A stretch of DNA of 32,000 nt from positions 840,001 through 872,000 of the forward strand of contig NC_010296.1 of assembly GCF_000010625.1 (NCBI RefSeq). The letters run 5' to 3'. The position numbers and the translations under genes are program-made. Under the pieces are notes generated by a model. The model did no database searches and was not told where the DNA came from. It worked only from the letters and a program-made list of their open reading frames with translations. Source of the DNA: Microcystis aeruginosa NIES-843. Lineage in GTDB: Bacteria; Cyanobacteriota; Cyanobacteriia; Cyanobacteriales; Microcystaceae. Of the stretch, positions 1 to 9,807 are shown piece after piece. The stretch's first letter is position 1. Each line of letters opens with the position of its first letter.

Positions 1-162
1 CTGGGAATGTTTACCATTCTGGTGAAACCAATGGTAAATCCCTTGACGGGGGGGGCAGCTTATCCAATCCACGATTTTGAGGTGTGGATATCACAAATTC
101 TCGGCGTTTCCCTGCATCCGCAGCATTACTTAATAAAACCTGACCAATCCTCACAAAAGTAA
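1..162 (+). CDS. Possible 3' end of an unidentified CDS entering from the left edge
   Basis: Frame 1 is open from base 1 to TAA at 160-162 (53 codons, ...NPLTGGAAYPIHDFEVWISQILGVSLHPQHYLIK...). Composition is ordinary. No family recognised. Too short for the ORF track. Confidence 0.25.
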   Translation: MGMFTILVKPMVNPLTGGAAYPIHDFEVWISQILGVSLHPQHYLIKPDQSSQK

Positions 163-281
163 ATATTAAAAAATAATTAAGTATAGAGGAAAGGAGGGAA
201 AAGTAGAAAATACTATAGATAATTTGAAATGAGGTCAGCCGAGATAAAGACCTTAAATATAACAAGGTCAATAGATGGACG

Positions 282-318
282 GTGCCAGTTTTTGCGGATA
301 TACGCCAAAAGCTGGCAC
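282..318 (+). terminator. Candidate intrinsic terminator hairpin
   Basis: GTGCCAGTTTTTGCG-gatata-CGC(C)AAAAGCTGGCAC forms a ~15-bp stem with one bulge and one G.U pair, followed by TACTGTTTT. It lies downstream of the putative edge CDS. Confidence 0.35.
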
Positions 319-340
319 TACTGTTTTAACGAAAACTTCC

Positions 341-349
341 TGCTATAAT
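341..349 (+). promoter_or_regulatory. Extended -10 promoter element TGcTATAAT upstream of the methyltransferase gene
   Basis: Exact TGnTATAAT lies 66 nt upstream of the ATG at 415. The same 9-mer recurs upstream of two other + strand genes (8922, 20759). Confidence 0.4.
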
Positions 350-414
350 TTGGCCAGATTGTGAGATAATAGGGAACGATTTTTTAGTTAATTCTCCCTG
401 GCTTCACTCTATAT

Positions 415-1170
415 ATGAATCGAGATTCTTCCCTGCTATCATCCTCCTCGGTTGCGGAATTCAAGCGCAATTCCTTTGATTTGGAGTCACACCTACAAAA
501 CTTTTTACAATTAGACCAAGAAATTCTACAAGCAAAATTAGCGATAGCAAAAGATTCCTTAGCGGCCTTAGCCCATCAAGAATTTTCTTGGACAAATCCA
601 GATTATTTCTATCAGGAACAAGTCAAAGAAAACTATTTATTTGAATTATCTGCTTGGCATTTATCCAGTCAAGAATATATCGGGGAAACCCTGAGATTAA
701 TTGATGATCACGGTAGCGGAAAAGTCTTAGATTTTGGTGGCGGAATCGGTACTCATGCCCTGGCTGCCGCAATGAATTCTGGGGTTGAACAGGTGATCTA
801 TTGCGATCTTAATCCCCTACATCATGAATTTGTTCGCTTTCGTGCCGAGCAATTAAATCTCGATACTAATAAGCTCTCATTCTATACGGAAATTCCCGAA
901 CGGCTAAAATTTGACACGATTATCTGTTTGGATGTCATCGAGCATTTGCCCTCACCTACAGCCCAACTTAAAAAGTTTTATGACTGGTTAAACCCAGGAG
1001 GAAAGCTAATTATTAACTGGTATTTTTTCAAAGGATTTAATCAAGAATATCCCTTTCATATCGACGATCCCAAAATTATTGAGAGCTTTTTTCAAACCCT
1101 ACAAAAAGATTTCCTAGAGATTTTTCATCCCTATCACATTACCGTGCGCTGTTATCGAAAAAATCAATAA
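415..1170 (+). CDS. Class I SAM-dependent methyltransferase
   Basis: 251-aa ORF with the glycine-rich SAM motif I VLDFGGGIGTHA, an acidic residue after strand 2 (IYCDLN), DVIEHL and a NPGGKLII post-motif. Substrate unknown. Confidence 0.8.
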   Translation: MNRDSSLLSSSSVAEFKRNSFDLESHLQNFLQLDQEILQAKLAIAKDSLAALAHQEFSWTNPDYFYQEQVKENYLFELSAWHLSSQEYIGETLRLIDDHGSGKVLDFGGGIGTHALAAAMNSGVEQVIYCDLNPLHHEFVRFRAEQLNLDTNKLSFYTEIPERLKFDTIICLDVIEHLPSPTAQLKKFYDWLNPGGKLIINWYFFKGFNQEYPFHIDDPKIIESFFQTLQKDFLEIFHPYHITVRCYRKNQ

Positions 1171-1228
1171 TTGCCGGAAGAAGAGCAAACCAGAGGATGA
1201 TAGAAAAGTTAGAATTACCCTTGCAACT

Positions 1229-2017
1229 ATGACCCTAGATATTATCCCCGAAGGCGAAGAACGCAAAGTGGAAGCTGTCAGTAGTGCCGCCATTGATGGT
1301 GCGCCGATCGCCTATATTGTCGTCTTAGCCGCCATTGTCACTACCCTTTCTTTTATTCCCTTCTCCATTGTCCTCGCTTCTGGCGGTAGTATGCCCCTCA
1401 GTCAAGCGGTTTTTCCCCTCTTGGGTTGGTTACTCGGCCCGATCGCTGGGGCGATCGCTAGTGGCATTGGGTCCTTAATTGGGGCTTTCCTTGCCCCCTA
1501 CACGGCAGGAATTCCCGCTATTTCAGTCTTTGGGGCAATTATAGCCAGTTTTGTGGCGGGAACGATGGTTTTAGGCAAAAAACGCCGTTATTGGTGGTTA
1601 GGATTAACGTTAATTTTTCTGATTCCCCTGTTTATCTACGCTAACCGGGCGATCGGACTGAACGGCATTTCGCCACGAATCTTTATTGCCGGGGCTTTCG
1701 TCGATTGGTCAGCTTTGGTATTATTTATCCTACCAACCCGGACTCTTTTTACCCATTGGATCAAAGGTAGCAATTTGGCCCTAGTAGCGGCGGGAATTTT
1801 TGGAGGTACCTGGACTGCCAGCGGCCTCTCCCATTTAGGGGTCGTCGCCATTACCTACTCGATTTTTAACTGGCCCGAAGAAGTCTGGATCGCTTTAATT
1901 CCGATCATTCCTGTAGAAAATCTGATTCGTTCCTTCGTCGGTATGGTGATCGGTTGTGGTGTGATTGCCGGTTTACGGGCGATCGGTCTGGTTAAATCAC
2001 GGGAGGCGATCTACTAG
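1229..2017 (+). CDS. Polytopic integral membrane protein, function unknown (possibly ECF-transporter S-component-like)
   Basis: 262-aa ORF with about 6-7 hydrophobic Gly/Ala-rich segments (GPIAGAIASGIGSLIGAF). It lies 58 nt downstream of the methyltransferase on the same strand. Confidence 0.65.
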   Translation: MTLDIIPEGEERKVEAVSSAAIDGAPIAYIVVLAAIVTTLSFIPFSIVLASGGSMPLSQAVFPLLGWLLGPIAGAIASGIGSLIGAFLAPYTAGIPAISVFGAIIASFVAGTMVLGKKRRYWWLGLTLIFLIPLFIYANRAIGLNGISPRIFIAGAFVDWSALVLFILPTRTLFTHWIKGSNLALVAAGIFGGTWTASGLSHLGVVAITYSIFNWPEEVWIALIPIIPVENLIRSFVGMVIGCGVIAGLRAIGLVKSREAIY

Positions 2018-2018
2018 G

Positions 2019-2084
2019 TAGGAGCTGCTGAAAAAGTTTTTCCTGGGGACAGGGTGTGGGGTGTGGGGTGTGGGGTGTAGGGGC
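2019..2084. repeat. Fragment of the TAGGG-ended MITE/IS family plus a GGTGTGG heptamer run
   Basis: TAGGAGCTGCTGAAAAAGTTTTTCCTGGGG-CAGGGTGTGGGGTGTGGGGTGTGGGGTGTAGGGG matches the left ends of the elements at 25712 and 25932. It starts 2 nt after the stop of the preceding gene. Confidence 0.55.
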
Positions 2085-2141
2085 GGACTCAACAGCAAGA
2101 ATTGCCAGGTTGCGTCCAACCCTCCACCGAAAAAAAGAGAA

Positions 2142-3146
<1,005 letters not shown>

Positions 3147-3645
3147 TTAACTTCTTTTGTCACTGTGCAAACTCCTAATTATACGGGAAAATCACGCCCG
3201 TCAGAAGCATTTGATCGCCGGTTTCCTGGAGTCACGAAAAAATAGTGTCTAGAAAAATTGAAATTTTCTCTAGATAATTGGGTATTCTAACTAGGCTTGG
3301 CTGGCTTGATCTAGTGGAGCAGAAAAAAAAAGGGGGGGGTAATGGCCAATTTTTAGCTTGGACTTGGTTCTTTCACCAAAATTGAGTACAATATCACTAT
3401 CATTAAGCACTTCCTCTCCTCTCACCTAGTTAAGATTAACCTCGATCTGAACACAGATAATCGGGTTAGTATTTAGTGCCGAAATAGCTTCTCTCCTTCT
3501 CGATTTTTACCTTTTCTGGGTAATTTACCCAGTCAGGATCGTTTATAGACTGATTTACTGCCTTGATCGACCCTAGATAAAATCAGGTCAAAAAATTATT
3601 GGCTTTGTTAATCACTAATTCTCTTAGAGCTGCCCAAGAAAATCT

Positions 3646-4761
3646 ATGGTAAGTTTTTTTAAAAAGCTATTGACAAAAAAACCTCAAGGTGTTGGGTTAG
3701 AGATCACCCCAGAGCGTATTAACATAGCTCAGATCGCCAAACAGGGACAAAATTATAAATTAGTTAAATGTTGTTCGTCGGATATCCCGGAAGGCATCTT
3801 TGAGGAGGGAAAAATCGTCGATTCCCCCGCTTTAGCGGAATTAATCCAAGAAGTCCTCAAGGAAAATAAAATTAACAGCAAACGAGTCGCTACTGCTGTG
3901 CCGATGCGCGAGTCAATTATCCGGATTATCCCCATTCCCTCGGAATTGGACGATCAGGAATTGCGAAATCTGGTCTTAAATCATGAGGCTAGTTTATACC
4001 TTCCCTATCCTCGCGAGGAAGTGGATCTCGACTACCAGAAACTAGGCTACTTTCAGGATGAAGACGGGATCGAAAAAGTACAAGTATTATTAGTTGCGAC
4101 TCGTCGGGAGATTACCGATGCCTATATGGAAACCTTCCAACAGGCAGGATTACAGGTAGATGTGCTAGAAATTAATAGTTTTGCCCTAATTCGGACGATT
4201 CGCGAGCATTTGCGACAGTTTAGTTCCAATGAAGCCGCCGTTATTGTTGATATAGAATTTGATAACACGGAAATTGCCATCGTGGTTGACGGCGTTCCCC
4301 AATTTTCCCGCACTGTCCCCATCGGCACTTTCCAGCTACAAAATGCCCTCTCCAGGGCGATGAATTTGCCCACCTCCCGCAGTCCTGAGATTCTTTTGGG
4401 GATGACAATTCCGATTACTGCCTTTGATAGTCTTAGCAGCAATACCGGCACTTCCGGGGCCCCTACTAACGCCGGGATGACGGCACTGATGCGCGTTTTA
4501 GGGGAATTAACCGATGAGTTACGGCGATCGATTAATTTCTATCTTAACCAAAGTGATGAACTGGAAATCGTCCAGTTACTTTTAGCCGGTCCCGGGGGCG
4601 GTTTAGCGCAACTAGACGAATACTTTACTCAACGTCTCAGCGTCCCCACCATGGCAATCGATCCGATCACATCACTGAACTTGGATACAACTCAAGAGAT
4701 TCCTAATACCGAAAGACCCGGATTAGGAACAGTTCTCGGTTTAGGATTACGGGAGGTATAG
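3646..4761 (+). CDS. pilM: Type IV pilus assembly protein PilM (actin-like ATPase fold)
   Basis: 371 aa, first gene of a tightly packed four-gene set. The N-terminal GLEITPERINIAQI motif and ELEIVQLLLAGPGGGL are typical of PilM. Confidence 0.9.
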   Translation: MVSFFKKLLTKKPQGVGLEITPERINIAQIAKQGQNYKLVKCCSSDIPEGIFEEGKIVDSPALAELIQEVLKENKINSKRVATAVPMRESIIRIIPIPSELDDQELRNLVLNHEASLYLPYPREEVDLDYQKLGYFQDEDGIEKVQVLLVATRREITDAYMETFQQAGLQVDVLEINSFALIRTIREHLRQFSSNEAAVIVDIEFDNTEIAIVVDGVPQFSRTVPIGTFQLQNALSRAMNLPTSRSPEILLGMTIPITAFDSLSSNTGTSGAPTNAGMTALMRVLGELTDELRRSINFYLNQSDELEIVQLLLAGPGGGLAQLDEYFTQRLSVPTMAIDPITSLNLDTTQEIPNTERPGLGTVLGLGLREV

Positions 4762-4770
4762 ACAAAAATT

Positions 4771-5541
4771 GTGTATAGTCTTGACGTTAATTTTCTTAAG
4801 GATCGCCATCTTAACCAAACGGGCAAAGGAACCCCCGCGGCCAAGATTTCCACCGGTATTAACCTGCGTAAACAAACACCCCTGTTGATCGGTGTGGGAG
4901 TCGGGGCCGGATTATTGACACTGACGGGATTACTCGGTTTAATCCTCGGTGTGCAAACCAGCGAAACTCAGGCCAAAATTCAGCAACTGGACGCGGAATT
5001 AGGTCAACTGCAAGCCCAAAGCAAAAAGCTAGAAGACCTGAGAGCGCAATTAACGGCAGTAGAAGGAGAAAATCAATCTCTGGTAACTGTATTCAATCAG
5101 ATTAGGCCTTGGTCAGCCATTCTTCAAGAAATTCGCCAACAAACTCCCCCTAGCGTCCAGCTAACCAGTGTGCAGCAGGTGGAGGTTCCCGCCGCCCCAG
5201 ATCAAGGGCAACCGAATCCAGCTACTCAGTTAAAAATCAGTGGTTTTGCCAGTAGTTACGAAGCAGTAAATGATTATCTCTTAACCCTGCAAGCTTCTCC
5301 TTTTTTACAGGGCAAGAAAACCGCGATCGAAAGTGCTGCCCTAGCCGATTTACCCGTACAGGTGGACAATAAGTACAAAAATATTAATGTTACTTTCCCC
5401 CAAGCGGTTCAATTTGTGATCACCGCCCAATTAAGTGATACTCCCGCTACTCAACAACTGCTCAATCTGACCCGCAATGGAGCACTCGGAGTTGTCACTA
5501 GGATTAATACTCTCAAACGCCAAGGAGCCATTCAACCATGA
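4771..5541 (+). CDS. pilN: Type IV pilus assembly protein PilN
   Basis: GTG start 10 nt after the pilM stop. N-terminal DVNFLKDR, a single TM segment and a coiled-coil Q-rich region. Position between pilM and pilO. Confidence 0.85.
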   Translation: MYSLDVNFLKDRHLNQTGKGTPAAKISTGINLRKQTPLLIGVGVGAGLLTLTGLLGLILGVQTSETQAKIQQLDAELGQLQAQSKKLEDLRAQLTAVEGENQSLVTVFNQIRPWSAILQEIRQQTPPSVQLTSVQQVEVPAAPDQGQPNPATQLKISGFASSYEAVNDYLLTLQASPFLQGKKTAIESAALADLPVQVDNKYKNINVTFPQAVQFVITAQLSDTPATQQLLNLTRNGALGVVTRINTLKRQGAIQP

Positions 5542-6329
5542 CCTTTACCGAAGAATTTGAAGATCGGGAATTAGAGGAATTTGACGAGTATCCTATCGCT
5601 TTCGGGATAACTTTTACTCCCCGCAATAGTGGCATCGCTGCCGCTGTGCTAGGTTTACTTGGCTCTTTCTATCTGCTTTTTAACTGGGTGATGCCCGCTT
5701 ATAATACCTTGCAACAGTTGCAAAACGATGCAGCTGGCAAACAACAACAGGTAGATCAACAAAAAAGCGGTCTCGGAGCCGCAGAATTCCCCAAAATCGA
5801 GAGTCAGTTGCAACAAGAAAAAGCTATTAAACAGCAAATACTCTCGCTTTTTGCGAAAGAAAAGGACTTAAGCACTATTCTCTTAGATATTAGTAATATC
5901 TTTAAGTCTCGCAATGTTAAGCTGATTAGTTTCCAACCCCAAGGACTAGAACCAGTGGTGGTTTCCGATGGTTCCCTCGGTAGCGCGGTTAATAATAAGC
6001 TCAAACGTCAAACTCTTAACGTCAAGATCGAAGGGAACTATGCTAACACTCAAGAGGTGATTCGGGATTTAGAAAGATTACAGCCGCTCATTTTGCTAAA
6101 CAGTCTCAATACCCAGATGGAAAAGGAAGGATCGGCGGTTAAAGTAGTTAGTACCGGCAACAATAAAGCCACTATCGTTCCCCAAGGCGATAAACCCGTT
6201 ACTACCACCTTTATTCTCAATGTGATTATTCCTCTCAGTGCTGAAGAATTGGCGAAATTAGCACCGCCACCCCCCGCCGAAGGTCAACCCCCCGCCGAAG
6301 GTCAACCCCCCGCTAGTCCGCCCCAATAA
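5538..6329 (+). CDS. pilO: Type IV pilus assembly protein PilO, with a Pro-rich tandem PPAEGQ C-terminus
   Basis: ATGA overlap with pilN (5538-5541). One TM segment plus coiled coil. The C-terminal 18-nt tandem repeat encodes PPAEGQPPAEGQPP. Called by synteny. Confidence 0.8.
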   Translation: MTFTEEFEDRELEEFDEYPIAFGITFTPRNSGIAAAVLGLLGSFYLLFNWVMPAYNTLQQLQNDAAGKQQQVDQQKSGLGAAEFPKIESQLQQEKAIKQQILSLFAKEKDLSTILLDISNIFKSRNVKLISFQPQGLEPVVVSDGSLGSAVNNKLKRQTLNVKIEGNYANTQEVIRDLERLQPLILLNSLNTQMEKEGSAVKVVSTGNNKATIVPQGDKPVTTTFILNVIIPLSAEELAKLAPPPPAEGQPPAEGQPPASPPQ

Positions 6330-6391
6330 TAGTCTTCAATCCAGTGTGAGTATTGCGTTTTTTGTCCGTTGAATCCCGTAATCGTTGAGGA

Positions 6392-8497
6392 GTGAATAAA
6401 GTGAATCCGTCCCGCTATGCCCTGTTTATCCCCCAAATTGCCTCGTTTTTATTGATGGCTCCCCTGAGCGCTTTGGCCGAAACCCCCATTTCCTTCCATG
6501 GTTCAGAGTTAAAATCCCATACATTAAAAGTTGAATTTTGGCAAGAGTTTAGTAAAGAAAATTTACAAAAGTCGCAAAATCAGCTTGTCCCTTCAACCGC
6601 AGCCGTACAAAAGGAAATCAGCGATCGCATTTTAGCCAGTGAAAAACTGCTCGCCCAAAGTGCGCCCCTTGTCCCCAACCCCGAAATTATCATTCAAGGC
6701 GCACCCCAAGCCCCCAGTGTTCCCACCCTACCCCGGGCCGTCGCCCCACCGGTGGGAGATATTGCCATCTCTAACATCGATGCTAGTGCCGAAAAGGTCA
6801 AATTCGATCGCAATATGACTGTACCTCGTGTTTTACTCCGGGAAGCTTCCGCTAGAGAAGTGTTAATGACCCTTGCAAATATTGCCGGTTATAACGTCGT
6901 TTTCACCAGCGTCCAGGGGGAAACTAACGCCACTTCTCAGACAGTTTCCTTGGAATTTACTAACGAATCGGTGGAAAACATTTTTAACGCCGTCTTGTTA
7001 ATTTCTGGACTCCAAGCTAACCGTCAGGGTAAAACCATCTTTGTCGGGGCGCAATTACCCCAAGGGGCTCGTAATCTGATTAGCCGCACCCTGCGTCTCA
7101 ATCAAGTTAAAGCTGTCGCCGCCGCCATTTTCCTCGCCACCCAAGGGGCAGAATACCAGCGTTTAGTTACCCAAACCGAGGATATCGTCGATCCCCTCAC
7201 CGGACGAGTAATCGGTCGCCGGGATGTTGCTCCTACCCTAGAGCCACTGACCCCCCAAAACACAGAAGGATCAAAAGCTGCCCTACTTTTAACCGGTTTA
7301 AGAATTGCCGCCGATGATCGCCTTAATTCTATCAATTTAATCGGCGAACCCCGACAAGTCCAGATCGCCACATCCTTATTAACCCAACTGGATGCCCGTC
7401 GCCGTCAGGTGGTGGTTAATGTCAAAGTTATCGATGTCAACCTGCTCAATACAGACCGCTTTAACAGTAGTTTTTCCTTCGGTTTTAACGATGGTTTCTT
7501 CGTTCAAGATAACGGGGCAGCAGTGCTGAACTTTGGTAATATGAACCCACCAGGTGCCGGAACGGCAAGCAGACCGGGGGCTTTTGCACAACCAATTGTG
7601 CCGATTTTCGATATCATATCGGGTACGGGGACAGCAGAAATTCAACCTTTTCTTGACATTCAGAATGGCGCTCCCTTTGGCCGTGTCAACCAGGGACCGA
7701 ATGACTTTGTAGGTAGCACAACACCCTATGCTCGTCCTAGTTTTGGTCGCACTGTTAACCCCTTTCAACCCGGTTTGAGTGATATTAATATTGACCCAGA
7801 GACGGGAATAATAGAGTATGAATACGAACCCCCGACCCTATTCCAATATCCCCAAAAATTCCTGATGACCCTGCAAGCCTCAATTCAGACAGGAAATGCC
7901 AAGATTCTCACCGATCCCTCACTGGTGGTGCAGGAAGGTCAACAGGCCACCGTTAAGCTAACTCAGAAAGTTTTAGAAAGTGTACAGACGGAAGTGGATC
8001 CGCTCAGTGGGGTGCGGACTATCACTCCTGTGTTGGCTGATGCGGGCTTAACTTTAGCGGTAAACGTCGATCAGGTGGATGATAACGGCTTTATTTCCCT
8101 CTCCGTTAGCCCTACCGTGGCTTCTCCTGGTACGCCAATTGAATTTAATAGTGGTGGTATCAACTCTGGTAACACCCTTACCCCTCTGATTCGTCGGGAA
8201 TTAACTTCTGGTTTAGTTCGTCTGCGGGATGGACAGAGTTTAATTCTTTCTGGGATTATCCAAGAAACACAACAAAGTTCTGAGACAAAAGTGCCGATTT
8301 TAGGGGATATTCCCATTTTAGGGGCTTTATTCCGCAGTCGAACCAATCAGAATAATCGCAGTGAGGTGATTATTCTCCTCACTCCCAAAATCATCGAAGA
8401 TACGGCCACCTCTACCCTCGGTATCAACTATCAACCAGGCCAAGATGCGGCGGAAATGCTTCAGCGTCAAGGTTTCCCCGTACAACCGCGACAGTAA
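6392..8497 (+). CDS. pilQ: Type IV pilus secretin PilQ
   Basis: 701 aa with a signal peptide (LLMAPLSALA). The C-terminal secretin domain carries VPILGDIPILGALFRS and EVIILLTPKII. Confidence 0.92.
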   Translation: MNKVNPSRYALFIPQIASFLLMAPLSALAETPISFHGSELKSHTLKVEFWQEFSKENLQKSQNQLVPSTAAVQKEISDRILASEKLLAQSAPLVPNPEIIIQGAPQAPSVPTLPRAVAPPVGDIAISNIDASAEKVKFDRNMTVPRVLLREASAREVLMTLANIAGYNVVFTSVQGETNATSQTVSLEFTNESVENIFNAVLLISGLQANRQGKTIFVGAQLPQGARNLISRTLRLNQVKAVAAAIFLATQGAEYQRLVTQTEDIVDPLTGRVIGRRDVAPTLEPLTPQNTEGSKAALLLTGLRIAADDRLNSINLIGEPRQVQIATSLLTQLDARRRQVVVNVKVIDVNLLNTDRFNSSFSFGFNDGFFVQDNGAAVLNFGNMNPPGAGTASRPGAFAQPIVPIFDIISGTGTAEIQPFLDIQNGAPFGRVNQGPNDFVGSTTPYARPSFGRTVNPFQPGLSDINIDPETGIIEYEYEPPTLFQYPQKFLMTLQASIQTGNAKILTDPSLVVQEGQQATVKLTQKVLESVQTEVDPLSGVRTITPVLADAGLTLAVNVDQVDDNGFISLSVSPTVASPGTPIEFNSGGINSGNTLTPLIRRELTSGLVRLRDGQSLILSGIIQETQQSSETKVPILGDIPILGALFRSRTNQNNRSEVIILLTPKIIEDTATSTLGINYQPGQDAAEMLQRQGFPVQPRQ

Positions 8498-8513
8498 TCA
8501 GTAATCAGTTATA

Positions 8514-8724
8514 TAGGGCTGGCTGAATAAATCTAAAAACCTTATCCAACAAGGTTTTTAGACCTTTTGGAAATCAAAAAGTACCGGATGTGGGAGTGAT
8601 CAGGGGGCAAATTCAGGGACTTTTTCCCTGAAAATTGGGTAATTGACCCCCTCAAAATCAGTAAAACCCTACACCCTACACCCTACACCCTGCCCCCAGG
8701 AAAAACTTTTTGCCGCAAACCCTA
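8514..8724 (+). mobile_element. MITE, 211 bp, with ends TAGGGCTGGCTGAATAA ... TTTTTGCCGCAAACCCTA and an internal CCCTACA heptamer run
   Basis: Imperfect terminal inverted repeats. Full or partial copies occur at 14573, 14798, 25712 and 29118. The ends match the IS at 25932-27628. Confidence 0.7.
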
Positions 8725-8921
8725 ATTATCCTCTTTTGGTTAGCCCGAATTCAGGGATCGATCGATGCCCGTTGCAAGCTTGAATGTACCCTTAACTTGA
8801 TCTAGAGTGGAGCGATTCTGTACTTTTCTCCAGCCAGATAGTTATACCACTAAATAGTACAAAAGTCTAGAGATTCTGTTAAGTCCCTTGAATCGGGCGG
8901 CGTGGCAGCACCGAAGCTTAC

Positions 8922-8930
8922 TGCTATAAT
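8922..8930 (+). promoter_or_regulatory. Extended -10 promoter element TGcTATAAT
   Basis: Exact TGnTATAAT lies 32 nt upstream of the ATG at 8962. Confidence 0.4.
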
Positions 8931-8961
8931 TGCTTACGGACAAAGATAATAAACAAAATTT

Positions 8962-9159
8962 ATGGGCGACTTTTTTGATAACGTGAGCCGTTACCCCCGC
9001 TATCTGATTAGCTTTAGTTTAGGGATTTTCTTCGCCTTTTTCGGCTGGTTAGCCCCTTTATTAAAAAATCCCCTCACAGCGATCGCACTTGTGGGTTTTC
9101 TGGGGGGAACTTTCGCCTTTCTTTATTTCACCCTCAAAGCCATGCTCGGATTAGCTTGA
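8962..9159 (+). CDS. DUF751/Ycf33-like small membrane protein
   Basis: 65 aa. The N-terminal FFDNVSRYPRYLISFSLGIFF motif and two hydrophobic helices match the cyanobacterial/plastid ycf33 type, from memory of the family. Confidence 0.65.
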   Translation: MGDFFDNVSRYPRYLISFSLGIFFAFFGWLAPLLKNPLTAIALVGFLGGTFAFLYFTLKAMLGLA

Positions 9160-9200
9160 TACAATGGTAAGGGTTTCGCTGTTTTTAGGGGACAAAAATT

Positions 9201-9587
9201 ATGGCTAACGACCGTCGAGTATCTCGCGTCTCCTCGCTAATTAAGCGCGAGGTCAGCCAAATGTTATTAATGGAAATTAAAGATGATCGGGTCGGTGCCG
9301 GTATGGTTAGCGTTACCGATGTGGATCTCTCCCACGACCTGCAACACGCTAAAATTTTTGTGTCTATCTACGGCAACGAAGATGCAAAGGCCGAAACTAT
9401 GGCCGGTTTAAAAGCTTCCGCAGGATTCGTCCGGCGTGAACTCGGTCAACGCATCCGTCTCAGACGTACCCCCGAAGTGGTCTTCCTAGAAGATTCTTCC
9501 CTCGAACGCGGCGATCGAATGTTACATCTTCTTGATCATATTAAAACCGATCGACCCCCAGAAGATGACGATTCCGAAGAAGAATAG
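9201..9587 (+). CDS. rbfA: Ribosome-binding factor A
   Basis: 128 aa. [14 protein letters not shown]...[18 protein letters not shown]...LRRTPEVVF are RbfA hallmarks. Acidic C-terminal tail. Confidence 0.93.
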   Translation: MANDRRVSRVSSLIKREVSQMLLMEIKDDRVGAGMVSVTDVDLSHDLQHAKIFVSIYGNEDAKAETMAGLKASAGFVRRELGQRIRLRRTPEVVFLEDSSLERGDRMLHLLDHIKTDRPPEDDDSEEE

Positions 9588-9680
9588 AACTATTAGCCGT
9601 CTTTTTTCTCCCTGTCTCCTGTCTCGGAGTCTCCTGACTTGAAAGAGGGTGTAGGGTGTGGGGTGATGGGGAAGTGGGGG

Positions 9681-9802
9681 AATTATGAATTATGAATTAT
9701 GAATTATGAATTGGGGTATGGGGAGAACAAATAAAAATAATCTCCTGTCTCCTGTCTCCTGTCTCCTGATAACTGATAACTGATAACTGATAACTGATAA
9801 CT
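9681..9802. repeat. Three abutting heptamer tandem arrays: (AATTATG)x4, (TCTCCTG)x4, (GATAACT)x5
   Basis: Direct reading: 9681-9708, 9741-9768 and 9768-9802. The last unit ends 5 nt before the GTG at 9808. Confidence 0.95.
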
Positions 9803-9807
9803 GAATA

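Noticed and set aside
11-271. Track ORF of 86 aa on the minus strand at the left edge
   Set aside because: It has a low-complexity, AT-rich-derived composition (FYFSLLSSILNYFLIF) and no motifs. It overlaps a more protein-like + strand frame (1-162) and a hairpin region.
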